NCBI GenBank assembly: GCA_043802485.1
Contig: JAZDKZ010000004.1
Location: 1-64,000 of the forward strand
DNA: 64,000 nt
Direction of reading: 5' to 3'
From: Candidatus Aenigmatarchaeota archaeon
Lineage (GTDB): Archaea > Aenigmatarchaeota > Aenigmatarchaeia > Aenigmatarchaeales > Aenigmatarchaeaceae
Positions 55,452 to 64,000 of the stretch are shown in pieces. The first letter of the stretch is position 1. Each line of letters begins with the position of its first letter. Both the position numbers and the translations under genes were made by a program. The notes under the pieces are model-generated. The model did not search any database. It worked only from the letters and a program-made list of their open reading frames with translations, and was not told the origin of the DNA.

Positions 55452-56438
55452 TCAGTGCCTGAACCTTCTTTTGAATTGCTCGACATTGTTGCCCTCTTGT
55501 TCCCTTATCTTTCTCCCTGTATAGTAAAGGAAGACGTCCTCCAGGGTGGGCTTCCTTATGTCTATCGACTTTATCTTCACCTTGTTCTTCTCTGCAAGCT
55601 TTATTATGAAAGGCAGCCTCTTCTCGATTTCCTTGGCGCCTATGGTCACGCTGGAATCATGGACCTTGATGCTTTCAACCCACCTCTGCTTCTTAAGCAA
55701 TGCTGAGCAGACGCCCGTGTTGGAGCATCCTATTGTCAGGATGCTCTTGCCTATCTTTGCCTTTAGCTTTGAGGGCCTGTCAATGACAAGTATCTTGCCT
55801 TTGTCAATTATGGCGACCCTGTCGCAGAGATAGTCTGCCTCTTCCATGTAGTGGGTTGTCAGAAATATTGTGATGTTCTCCTTCTCGTTAAGAAGCTTGA
55901 TATATTCCCATATTGTCCTTCTTGTCTGAGGGTCAAGCCCCAATGTAGGCTCGTCCAGGAACAAAACTTTTGGAAAGTGCATAAGGCCCCTGGCTATCTC
56001 CAATCTTCTTTTCATGCCACCAGAATATTTCTTCACCAGAACATTGGCCTTTTCCTCAAGGTCAACCAGCTTTATGACTTCCTTTATTCTCTTTTCTCGC
56101 TGGTCTTTTTTCAGACCGTACATCCTTGCATGAAAGTCCAGATTTTCCTTGCCTGTCAGGCTGTCGTCCAAAGCAGGCTCCTGGAAAACTATGCCTATGT
56201 CGCCTCTTACCTTGTCAGGATCCTTTATTATGTCACGACTGACAACCTTTGAGGTTCCTGAAGTGGGCCTCAGAAGCGTGACAAGCATCTTTATTGTCGT
56301 GGTTTTGCCTGCGCCGTTAGGTCCCAAGAATCCGAATATTTCTCCTTTCTTGACGTCAAAAGAAACGCCGTCAACAGCCTTTGTATCCTTGTAATGTTTC
56401 TTGAGGTTCTCAACCTTTATTATCGACCTTTCAGCCAT
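55452..56438 (-). CDS. ABC transporter ATP-binding protein (DrrA-like)
   Basis: GPNGAGKTT, YSGGMKRR, LFLDEPTLGLD, TTHYMEEAD, PTLEDVF. Confidence 0.95.
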   Translation of the reverse strand: MAERSIIKVENLKKHYKDTKAVDGVSFDVKKGEIFGFLGPNGAGKTTTIKMLVTLLRPTSGTSKVVSRDIIKDPDKVRGDIGIVFQEPALDDSLTGKENLDFHARMYGLKKDQREKRIKEVIKLVDLEEKANVLVKKYSGGMKRRLEIARGLMHFPKVLFLDEPTLGLDPQTRRTIWEYIKLLNEKENITIFLTTHYMEEADYLCDRVAIIDKGKILVIDRPSKLKAKIGKSILTIGCSNTGVCSALLKKQRWVESIKVHDSSVTIGAKEIEKRLPFIIKLAEKNKVKIKSIDIRKPTLEDVFLYYTGRKIREQEGNNVEQFKRRFRH

Positions 56439-56498
56439 TTGAAATAAATTGGATTGACCCTAATTAAAGCTTTTTTACCTGCAATACAATATTATTTT

Positions 56499-56969
56499 AT
56501 GAACAAATGGCTCAAACTGATAATTTCAATTGTTGCTTGCCAGCTGGCAGGAATAATAGGCTCGGTGTTTACAACATCATCTATAACAACGTGGTACGTC
56601 GGTCTGGAGAAGCCATGGTTCACCCCACCCAACTGGCTGTTCGGTCCGGTGTGGATTACACTGTATACGCTGATGGGCATCTCGCTCTTTTGGATATGGC
56701 AGAAAGGACCGTCCAAAGCAAATGTGAGAAGCGCGCTGCTGGCGTTCTTCGGTCAGCTTGCAATCAACGCAGTATGGTCGATAGTGTTCTTCGGCCTGCA
56801 GGCCCCCCTGTATGCGCTGGTGCTGATAGTAATGATGTGGGCATTGATTCTACTTACGATAACAATGTTCTACAAGATAGACAAGAAGGCTGCTCTGATA
56901 CTGATTCCCTACATAGCATGGGTGACAGTAGCAACGTTCCTAAATTATTATGTTTGGATTCTCAACTGA
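56499..56969 (+). CDS. tspO: TspO/MBR tryptophan-rich sensory protein
   Basis: WYVGLEKPWFTPPNWLFGPVWITLY, NAVWSIVFFG, PYIAWV; ATG at 56499. Confidence 0.93.
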   Translation: MNKWLKLIISIVACQLAGIIGSVFTTSSITTWYVGLEKPWFTPPNWLFGPVWITLYTLMGISLFWIWQKGPSKANVRSALLAFFGQLAINAVWSIVFFGLQAPLYALVLIVMMWALILLTITMFYKIDKKAALILIPYIAWVTVATFLNYYVWILN

Positions 56970-56971
56970 TC

Positions 56972-57508
56972 TCACATGAACATGTAGATCTTAGTCTCGC
57001 CCATCTTTCTCTTGACCTGGTCGATAATCTTATACGGCTCAAAGCAGAAAAGGTAGTTGGGCTTTGATTCAACAATCCCCAAGGAGCTTCTGGAAATTAT
57101 ATTGAAGGAATTATCGTACAGTGTGTGCTTCTTGTTTTCGAGTTCATCAAGGTCTTTGTGGTGCGCAAAGATGAATACCTTCTCACCAAAGTTTTCCTTG
57201 TAGGGATCCGGCTTTAGAATGGTTCTTACAGTATAGTCTTGTGACGTCATGTTTCTTGAACGTAGCTTCTCATCAAGGTACCTTGCTCCGCTGATGCTCT
57301 TGGGCGGATGGCTCAGCCTCTCCTCAGCAGGCATTGACCTTCCAAGGGGGGTGTACTTGAAGATCTCATTTTTTTTCATGTAGAAGGGAAATGTTACAGA
57401 ATCTTTCATCAAGCCGAAATTGTCAACCATAGCTATGCTAATGATATTACTGAAACTTTTGGCATCCAAGCCTTTAGAGAGCCTTTTCTCTATACTGTTT
57501 ATGTCCAT
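56972..57508 (-). CDS. Hypothetical protein
   Basis: 178-aa ORF with ATG start; no recognised motif. Confidence 0.65.
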   Translation of the reverse strand: MDINSIEKRLSKGLDAKSFSNIISIAMVDNFGLMKDSVTFPFYMKKNEIFKYTPLGRSMPAEERLSHPPKSISGARYLDEKLRSRNMTSQDYTVRTILKPDPYKENFGEKVFIFAHHKDLDELENKKHTLYDNSFNIISRSSLGIVESKPNYLFCFEPYKIIDQVKRKMGETKIYMFM

Positions 57509-57566
57509 ATCCAGAGTTTGCTAGAAAATTATTTAAGCTTAAATTGTTTTTCACCTAATGATAATC

Positions 57567-57797
57567 ATGTTTGATAAAAAGCCCAGTGATGAGTTTAAAA
57601 AAGTTGCCGGAGAAATCGACAAAGCTATCGGAGAGAATAGGAGAAAAGGGATAAATTACGTTGAGGTCACCTCTTATCAGTGGAATGTTCTGCTTAAGAA
57701 CGATGATTTTGAAAAACAGGTAAATAAAAGAAACGCCAATATGGGCGGATATGAGATAAGAAAAGGTATTGAATTCAAAGTACACCTTTCTTATTGA
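57567..57797 (+). CDS. Small hypothetical protein
   Basis: ATG 57567 lies 28 nt after TTAAATTGTTTT (alternative start 57558). Confidence 0.6.
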   Translation: MFDKKPSDEFKKVAGEIDKAIGENRRKGINYVEVTSYQWNVLLKNDDFEKQVNKRNANMGGYEIRKGIEFKVHLSY

Positions 57798-58432
57798 TTT
57801 TCTTTGATTCTTTTGTCACAGATGTCCTTGTAGGAACAGGTTGCGCATTTCTTTGGGTTCTTCGTAGGCTCGAACTCGCGCTTGCCCATTGCCAGCTCGT
57901 GCAGACGGTTCACCTTCTCCTCGAGGAACTCTACCCACTCCTGGGAAAGAACGTCCTCCCATGTTATGTCGCCGCTGTCCCTGTTCTGTATTCTCATGTA
58001 AATGTCCAGAGGCGGCCTGTACTGGTCCTTGAAGGCCATGGCATAGGCTATTATCTGGGACTTGTCAGAAAGATAGGTATATTCCCCAGGCTTGTCGTCA
58101 GCAACTATGATGCCTCCGGGGCTTATCTCGACAAAGTCTATGACTCCGAAAATCCTGAACGTCGGGGAGATTATGAAGACCTCCCTTCCTGAAAAGCTTT
58201 CGTCGTTCTCAATGGCTCTCTTTATTGCGTTCTTTATCCCGACCTGCTCCAGTTCTTTTGTCTTGTCCTCAAAGTCCTTGAACTTCTGCTGGTGCACCTC
58301 CGTCCCCTTCTTCATGGCAGGCGTCTCCTTCTTTATCCCCTGCCACTTGTACTTCAACTGCACCTCGCAGTAGGACTGCTGGTGGAACTCGGAGATGGCG
58401 ATCCAGGAGTTGCCGTTAGAATCAATTCGCAT
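57791..58432 (-). CDS. Solo Cas4-like PD-(D/E)xK nuclease with 4-Cys Fe-S motif
   Basis: SYCEVQ, KGTEVH, GVIDFV, DDKPG, QIIAYA, KCATCSYKDIC; no CRISPR array or other cas genes in the window. Confidence 0.85.
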   Translation of the reverse strand: MRIDSNGNSWIAISEFHQQSYCEVQLKYKWQGIKKETPAMKKGTEVHQQKFKDFEDKTKELEQVGIKNAIKRAIENDESFSGREVFIISPTFRIFGVIDFVEISPGGIIVADDKPGEYTYLSDKSQIIAYAMAFKDQYRPPLDIYMRIQNRDSGDITWEDVLSQEWVEFLEEKVNRLHELAMGKREFEPTKNPKKCATCSYKDICDKRIKENQ

Positions 58433-58447
58433 GTTTATATTATGTTT

Positions 58448-59089
58448 TCAAATTTTTTTAAGCATGTCCTCGTTTTCTTTCAGGTCTATGAGATAACGAA
58501 ACATGTCCTTCATAATAACCTCCCCCCTTCTCCTTTCATGTAGAGTAAGCCTGAGAACAGGGGCTTTGTATTGCTTAAAGGAAGGATATTGATAATGGCC
58601 GTTCGTGGCCTCATAAATGATATGTCCTATATAAGGACATTCTTCATCGCTGTCGATTTCTCCTATGGGTATGAAGTATTCTCGCGTTTCTATTTTCCTT
58701 TTTCCCTTTCTTCTAACATTTTTTACACTACCTCTTATAGCTTTGCCGAAAAACAATTCTAAATCTTTATCCAAAAAAATATTCTCCAATGATTGGTTAA
58801 CTATTTCGACATCTACACCACTCAAATTAATTTTTGGCATGGCGTCTACACACGTATAGTCTATAAGAAACGAACTTTGTTCTTTCAACAGCACTCGGTT
58901 TACAGAGAAATCCACATCCCTTATAACAGAACACTCGTCCTCGATAGGATACCTTTTCAATTGTCTCTTCATTTGACTTTCCAAACGATTTATGCCAGGA
59001 AAGGTTGACGCAGGAACAAAGCGACATATTCTGTATATTTCTTCAAATATGCTATCGCATTTTGTAGACATTATATTATTTTTCTTCAA
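58448..59089 (-). CDS. Hypothetical protein (AT-rich)
   Basis: 213-aa ORF; start uncertain; no recognised motif. Confidence 0.6.
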   Translation of the reverse strand: MKKNNIMSTKCDSIFEEIYRICRFVPASTFPGINRLESQMKRQLKRYPIEDECSVIRDVDFSVNRVLLKEQSSFLIDYTCVDAMPKINLSGVDVEIVNQSLENIFLDKDLELFFGKAIRGSVKNVRRKGKRKIETREYFIPIGEIDSDEECPYIGHIIYEATNGHYQYPSFKQYKAPVLRLTLHERRRGEVIMKDMFRYLIDLKENEDMLKKI

Positions 59090-59169
59090 TTAAAGATTTA
59101 AACATTAAAAGTTCCTAATCAGAATAGATTTTATATAAAAGCGTCAAATATGATATATCTGTGATTTGT

Positions 59170-60909
59170 ATGAAGTCCCTAAGCCACAGCGGCATAATAA
59201 TACCAGAGTACGAGCCCGAGGGCTTTAGCATAAAATTCAAAGGCAATTCTATCAAACTCGACCCTCACCAAGAGGAGATGGCTATTGCCTGGGTAAGAAA
59301 GCTGGGAACACCTTATACAGAGGACAAGATTTTCATAAAGAATTTCTTCAAGGATTTCTGCAGAGCTCTCAAAGTGAAAGGCAGCGTAGATGATTTTGAT
59401 TTCTCGGAGATAATTAGATTTGTGGAAGCTGAAAGAGAAAGAAAACAGAACATGCCCAAAGAAGAGAAGAAGAAGCTGACAGAGGAGAGGAAGGCTGTGC
59501 GAGAGGCCAACAAGGAAGACTATGGCTTTGCCGTGATTGATGGGGATAGGGTCGCTTTAGGGAATTATATGGCAGAGCCTAGCGGCATATTCATGGGAAG
59601 GGGCAAGCATCCTCTGCGCGGCAGCTGGAAGCAGGGGGCAAAGCACAGCGATATCATTCTCAACATGTCGCCGGATTCCAAAAGGCCGCCAGGCAGCTGG
59701 AAGGAGATTGTATGGATGCCTGAATGTATTTGGATTGCAAAATGGACCGACAAGTTGACAGGAAAGGAGAAATACATCTGGCTAGCAGAAAATTCCCCTA
59801 TAAAGCAGGAGAGGGAGATGAAAAAGTTCGACAAGGCGACTGAATTGGAAAAGAACCGGGACAATATACGCGAATACATAAAGAAAGGCCTTGTATCTGA
59901 TGATGAAAGAACGAGAAAGGTCGCAACCGTTTGCTATCTGATCGAAACAGTGTGCATGCGTGTGGGCGACGAGAAGGACGAAGACGAGGCTAACACTGTC
60001 GGCGCCTCAACGCTTGCAAAGAACCACATAACCATAGAAGGCAACACCGTAAAGTTCGACTTTCTTGGAAAAGACTCTGTGAGATGGATAAAGGAGATGG
60101 ACGCTCCTGATGAGGTTGTCAGCAACCTGAAGGAATTCATGAGCGGCTCCGACGATCTGATTTTCGACGGCATAAGGTCTGAGAATGTCAACGAGTTCCT
60201 GGGGCAGGCTATGGAAGGCCTGACGTCAAAGGTGTTCAGGACCTGCAGCGCGACAAAGGCTGTGAAGGATTTCCTGGAAAATAACAAGGTAAGCAAGGAC
60301 GCTTCAGAGTACTACAAGAAGCACGTCGCCAAAATGGCCAACCTTGAGGCTGCCAGAATCTGCAACCACAAGAGAACCATACCCAAGAGCTGGCAGCAGT
60401 CTCTGGAAAATAAAAAGGTCCGGCTGAAAGCCAATAAGAAAAAGGCAAAACAGAACATAGAAAACTATATGAAAAGGATAGACGACCTCAAGAAAAGGCA
60501 CGAGCAGCAGAGCAAAAATTACGATACTAAGCTGGAAGAAGAAACCAGGAAAATGGAGCAGTACCAGAAGGAAGGCAGGGAGAAGATGGCTTCCTCTAAG
60601 AAGAAGGCGATAGAAAACATCAGGAAGCGCGTCAGGGTTCTCAATAAAAATTACAGCAGCAGGCTTGACAAGCTGAAGAGCATGCTGGAGAAAAGGAAGA
60701 TGGCGGACAAGGAGAACATCAAAAGGGCCGAGCTGCAGCTAGAGGAGCAGGAGAAGACAAAGGACTACAACCTGAACACGTCGCTGAAGAGCTACGTAGA
60801 TCCGAGGGCGTACTACAGATGGTTCAGGAAATACGGCTATGACTGGAAGAAATACTATTCGTCGACCCTTCAGAAAAAGTTCTCTTGGGTAGAGAAAGAA
60901 GAATGTTAA
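59170..60909 (+). CDS. topIB: DNA topoisomerase IB, eukaryote-like large type
   Basis: EPSGIFMGRGKHP, RVGDEK, FDFLGKDS, KVFRT, ICNH, long coiled-coil linker, TSLKSYVDPR (catalytic Tyr). Confidence 0.93.
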   Translation: MKSLSHSGIIIPEYEPEGFSIKFKGNSIKLDPHQEEMAIAWVRKLGTPYTEDKIFIKNFFKDFCRALKVKGSVDDFDFSEIIRFVEAERERKQNMPKEEKKKLTEERKAVREANKEDYGFAVIDGDRVALGNYMAEPSGIFMGRGKHPLRGSWKQGAKHSDIILNMSPDSKRPPGSWKEIVWMPECIWIAKWTDKLTGKEKYIWLAENSPIKQEREMKKFDKATELEKNRDNIREYIKKGLVSDDERTRKVATVCYLIETVCMRVGDEKDEDEANTVGASTLAKNHITIEGNTVKFDFLGKDSVRWIKEMDAPDEVVSNLKEFMSGSDDLIFDGIRSENVNEFLGQAMEGLTSKVFRTCSATKAVKDFLENNKVSKDASEYYKKHVAKMANLEAARICNHKRTIPKSWQQSLENKKVRLKANKKKAKQNIENYMKRIDDLKKRHEQQSKNYDTKLEEETRKMEQYQKEGREKMASSKKKAIENIRKRVRVLNKNYSSRLDKLKSMLEKRKMADKENIKRAELQLEEQEKTKDYNLNTSLKSYVDPRAYYRWFRKYGYDWKKYYSSTLQKKFSWVEKEEC

Positions 60910-60943
60910 GAAATATTAATCAGGTATTATCTATAATTCTAGT

Positions 60944-61849
60944 ATGAAATTTGTCGTATTGTTGCTGTTAATTCTACTGGTGGCAGGGTGCGTTGAGCAG
61001 CAGGTGGAGTACCTGTACGTCTGCCCAGACGGCTCGACTGTAACACAAAGGCTGGACTGCGTGAAACCTGTGGTAGAGGAAGAGATAGTTCCGATAGATT
61101 ACCCGGCCGAAAGCGATTACAACGCGAGCGACATCGAGAAGGCCATATTCAATCTTGTCAATGACAGGAGGGCGCAGTACGGCATAAAGAGCCTCAAGTG
61201 GAACAATGACATAGCAAGTATCGCAAAGAACAAGAGCAAGGAAATGGCTGACAGCAATTATTTCAACCATGTCAATCCGGACGGAGTGGGTTTCTCCGAC
61301 ACGCTCAGGGAGAACGAGATATTCTATCTGGCCGCAAGCGAGAACATAGCCATGGTGGGCAACGCAGCCAAGGACCTTGCGGAGACAGCAGTAGAGGGTT
61401 GGCTTGACAGCCCGTCGCACCGAGTTCCCATACTCGACCACGACGAGATATACACAGACACCGGCGTTGGCGTCTACTGCGAGAAAAGCATATGCTACTT
61501 TACCATGCAGTTCGTGAACCTGGAAAAGAACATTGACGTATCGTTGAAAACAAGGTACGGAACGTTCATCTACATCTACGACCCTGCCCTGGACTTTGAG
61601 TACGACACCTTCGTTATGCTGGAGGTCAACTCCACAAGGAACACGGACACCTATGTTGTGGATGATTCTGACATATTCGACCTGTTCATGCAGGGCTATC
61701 CCGTGTACTCGGAAAGGGTGTTCAAGCACATGAGCTATGTCAACACGTCCCTGATTGCAAAGAAGGGCTACGGCATCATACTCTATTCTGATCCAGAGTG
61801 GGTGTTCAGCGACGCGCAGGTGAGTGTGAGGCTGCGCTACGTCGTATGA
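60944..61849 (+). CDS. CAP/SCP-domain secreted (lipo)protein
   Basis: LVAGC lipobox-like; FNLVNDRR, YFNHVNPDG, ASENIA, GWLDSPSHR, TGVGV. Confidence 0.9.
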   Translation: MKFVVLLLLILLVAGCVEQQVEYLYVCPDGSTVTQRLDCVKPVVEEEIVPIDYPAESDYNASDIEKAIFNLVNDRRAQYGIKSLKWNNDIASIAKNKSKEMADSNYFNHVNPDGVGFSDTLRENEIFYLAASENIAMVGNAAKDLAETAVEGWLDSPSHRVPILDHDEIYTDTGVGVYCEKSICYFTMQFVNLEKNIDVSLKTRYGTFIYIYDPALDFEYDTFVMLEVNSTRNTDTYVVDDSDIFDLFMQGYPVYSERVFKHMSYVNTSLIAKKGYGIILYSDPEWVFSDAQVSVRLRYVV

Positions 61850-61945
61850 AGCCTTAATATTGTTCATGAACGATGCGGACAAGTTTGACGTCTCCAAGGC
61901 AGAGGCTTCTCTATTCTTTAAATTTTTTAGATTAGAACGTTTTTT

Positions 61946-62152
61946 ATGAACAAAAAAGACAAGAGTATTTTTAAGCAAGCTAAACGTGTTGTAAAGAATC
62001 TGGAAGATAACATATACAAAGGCCGCGTGCTGATTGAAACTTTAAAGGAAAACGGAATATACGCACAGAACTATCCGTCACTTATTCAGGCAATTGCCGA
62101 TAACTGCCCATGGCTGACAAGACTTGGTGACGATGAATACAAAAAGTCTTAA
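61946..62152 (+). CDS. Small hypothetical protein
   Basis: 68-aa ORF with a TTTAAA element upstream. Confidence 0.55.
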   Translation: MNKKDKSIFKQAKRVVKNLEDNIYKGRVLIETLKENGIYAQNYPSLIQAIADNCPWLTRLGDDEYKKS

Positions 62153-62191
62153 AATAATCCGTCTTAAATTGTTTTCTAATCAATTCTTTTC

Positions 62192-62602
62192 ATGGTCAAC
62201 GAATTTCTTGTCTGCGAGGCAGAGCTAAATTGGCCCAGACTTTACAGACCTGTGGGTGAAAGGTTTTACTATATCATGGATGGGGACAGGGATTTATGTT
62301 CAAGGGCAAAATGCACTACCATGGAGGATATAGCAGACCATCTGGTAGAGGGAGTTCTCCTGTCAAAAACCTTGTCTTCGGGCGATATGATACTCTACAA
62401 TCCAACTTTTTTATCAGACTGCAGGTCTGCGGAATGCTTTCTCTACAAGGGGCCTGCTCTGGTGGATGCTTATTACTACAAACCACTTGATGTGGAGAAA
62501 AGGGCTGTTCTTGAGAACAGCCTGGAAAGAATGGGAATGAAATGCCGGAAGCTGAAAGACCCTGACAAGGTAGTTGTAAAAAAGCTCAAAAGAATCAGAT
62601 AA
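62192..62602 (+). CDS. Hypothetical protein
   Basis: ATG lies 28 nt after TTAAATTGTTTT. Confidence 0.65.
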   Translation: MVNEFLVCEAELNWPRLYRPVGERFYYIMDGDRDLCSRAKCTTMEDIADHLVEGVLLSKTLSSGDMILYNPTFLSDCRSAECFLYKGPALVDAYYYKPLDVEKRAVLENSLERMGMKCRKLKDPDKVVVKKLKRIR

Positions 62603-62651
62603 CCCTACGTCTTTCTATCGTTTTAAATAATTTTGTTATCAATGACCTTTC

Positions 62652-63032
62652 ATGGCGTTTGCGGTTAGAGCTAAAAGAGAAAACGGAAAGGTGAGACAGG
62701 AAGATATCGACTGGCTAGAATCCTTAAGAACCGAAGCCCTTGAAAGAGGCCTTACCACTTATCATTCAAACGACCCTGAAGCATGCGTAACTATCAATAG
62801 AAAAATAAACTATCCCGACATTGCAAAATTTTTGGATTTGCCAGATTATCTGAGAAAAACCGTCAAGCCGCTCCTAATGCTGGGCAGAGCCACGGCAGAC
62901 GAGGTGGCTGAATACACTGGAAGGGCAAGGGGTACGGAAAGCAGGTGCCTAAACCAGCTGACGGTAATGGATTACTTGAAAAGTGAAAGGGAAAGGAAGC
63001 TTAAAGGAAAGACATGTTTTTCTATAAAGTAA
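62652..63032 (+). CDS. Winged HTH domain protein
   Basis: LPDYLRKTVKPLLMLGRATADEVAEYTGRARGTESRCLNQLTVMDYL. Confidence 0.75.
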   Translation: MAFAVRAKRENGKVRQEDIDWLESLRTEALERGLTTYHSNDPEACVTINRKINYPDIAKFLDLPDYLRKTVKPLLMLGRATADEVAEYTGRARGTESRCLNQLTVMDYLKSERERKLKGKTCFSIK

Positions 63033-63035
63033 TTT

Positions 63036-63323
63036 TTACTCTTGCGGAACCTTGTAGGCGGTTCCATTGAATTTGTAACCATCTATACCATCCACATCTG
63101 ATGTGGAAATCACACTTATGATTCTTGCGCCATGAGCAAGCTCTAACTCGCTGAGATAGTTGTCCTGCATAAAGGAAACCATTTTCTTGATATAACCCTT
63201 TTTGACATGTTCGACGACTCTGGTTCCTGGCAATATCAATATATTTTCTACATGTTTACTTATTTTTTCCAGGTCTTCTGTTATGCAAGAGGTGTTTCTT
63301 CGTGCCTTGAAAAGTGTTTCCAT
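63036..63323 (-). CDS. Small hypothetical protein
   Basis: 95-aa ORF with ATG start. Confidence 0.55.
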   Translation of the reverse strand: METLFKARRNTSCITEDLEKISKHVENILILPGTRVVEHVKKGYIKKMVSFMQDNYLSELELAHGARIISVISTSDVDGIDGYKFNGTAYKVPQE

Positions 63324-63381
63324 ACCTATAAAAGTCCAGAAAGGCTTAAATGTCTTTTCCTCTATTAATTTAATTGATTGA

Positions 63382-63597
63382 ATGTGTAATGAATGCTATG
63401 TGGATATCCGTCTTTCTCCTGGAACGAATCTAAAGGAATGCGGGGATAAATTGATAAAACTTGGTCTGGCATCTTATTATCAACCTTATAAACCGACGTC
63501 GGAAAAAAATTATATCTTGGATGCCAAGATAGATGTAGAATCATTGGTAGCTATCAGGAACCTTCCGGAAGTGGAAAGGGCAAGCGTTAAATTCTGA
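63382..63597 (+). CDS. Small hypothetical protein
   Basis: 71-aa ORF with ATG start. Confidence 0.5.
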   Translation: MCNECYVDIRLSPGTNLKECGDKLIKLGLASYYQPYKPTSEKNYILDAKIDVESLVAIRNLPEVERASVKF

Positions 63598-63641
63598 TTT
63601 TCTGAAATTCTATTTAAATTGTTTTGGAGCTTAGAAGTCTT

Positions 63642-64000
63642 ATGAACCACCTTGGAATAGATTGGAAGGACCAGAAAAGGCACATAGCGACATGGCAGAA
63701 AATGCTGTGCATGGCTACAGAGAAGCTTTTAACGTCCTCCAGCAATTTCGAGCTGTCCAGCCAAAACGAGGCAGGCTATTTCTATCGCGTCAGGAATAGC
63801 GATGGCTATGAACAGATGAAAACTGTGTGGAAAAACCAGGGCAAGGTCCCAGAAGAGTGGATGACCAGGGACAACTATCCCGGAATGCAGACAGCCATGT
63901 TCGATCCGGTGAACACCTTTGCCTCATCAATCATGCCTGTTATGGTGTTAAGACTTTATTTCAAGGACGGCTACATGATATTCGACAGGCTCAATAAGGA
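63642..64000 (+). CDS. Hypothetical protein, 3'-truncated by the window (not in the ORF track)
   Basis: MNHLGIDWKDQKRH... open to the window end; ATG lies 28 nt after TTAAATTGTTTT. Confidence 0.65.
   Translation, partial: MNHLGIDWKDQKRHIATWQKMLCMATEKLLTSSSNFELSSQNEAGYFYRVRNSDGYEQMKTVWKNQGKVPEEWMTRDNYPGMQTAMFDPVNTFASSIMPVMVLRLYFKDGYMIFDRLNK

Noticed and set aside
56972..59160. CRISPR-Cas locus around the Cas4-like gene
   Set aside because: No repeat-spacer array and no other cas genes seen.
60974..61978. 334-aa antisense ORF
   Set aside because: Overlaps nearly all of the clear CAP-domain gene on the opposite strand and has no motifs.
61946..64000. Provirus or integrated element among the small orphans
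   Set aside because: No integrase, capsid, terminase or att pair visible; cannot be supported from this window.

Overview
Archaeal genomic DNA. TFB, the uL1-uL10(P0)-P1 cluster, an intron-containing tRNA-Gln and TATA-like promoters show this; the gene repertoire and compact intergenic regions suggest a DPANN lineage (Aenigmarchaeota-like, an inference). The first ~33.8 kb is one coherent cell-surface locus. It opens with a 5'-truncated giant (>4,400 aa) glycoprotein-like protein made of ~340-aa repeats and Ig-like modules, fused through a membrane segment to a cytoplasmic HerA/FtsK/VirB4-superfamily ATPase. Next come coiled-coil proteins sharing a SHOCT/CdvA-like motif, an HExxH membrane protein and a second large (1,951 aa) surface protein with paralogous modules. 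After these are a divergently transcribed candidate fibre subunit with chaperone-like (DUF916/WxL-interacting-like) Ig proteins, a wHTH regulator and two MinD-family ATPases. I read this as a candidate undescribed ATP-powered host-attachment or conduit apparatus. The remainder is housekeeping and accessory genes: rpl1/rpl10/rpl12, alaS lacking C-Ala, trxB, a glutamate-synthase FMN domain, an ATP-cone/Mrr nuclease, PfpI, TFB, a DHH nuclease, two divergent RNase HI-like genes, an ExeA-like AAA+/RHH pair, PspC, a frameshifted MPG glycosylase, an ABC-2 exporter, TspO, a solo Cas4-like nuclease, a eukaryote-type topoisomerase IB, a CAP protein and small orphans. All assignments come from motif recognition by eye; no database searches were run.
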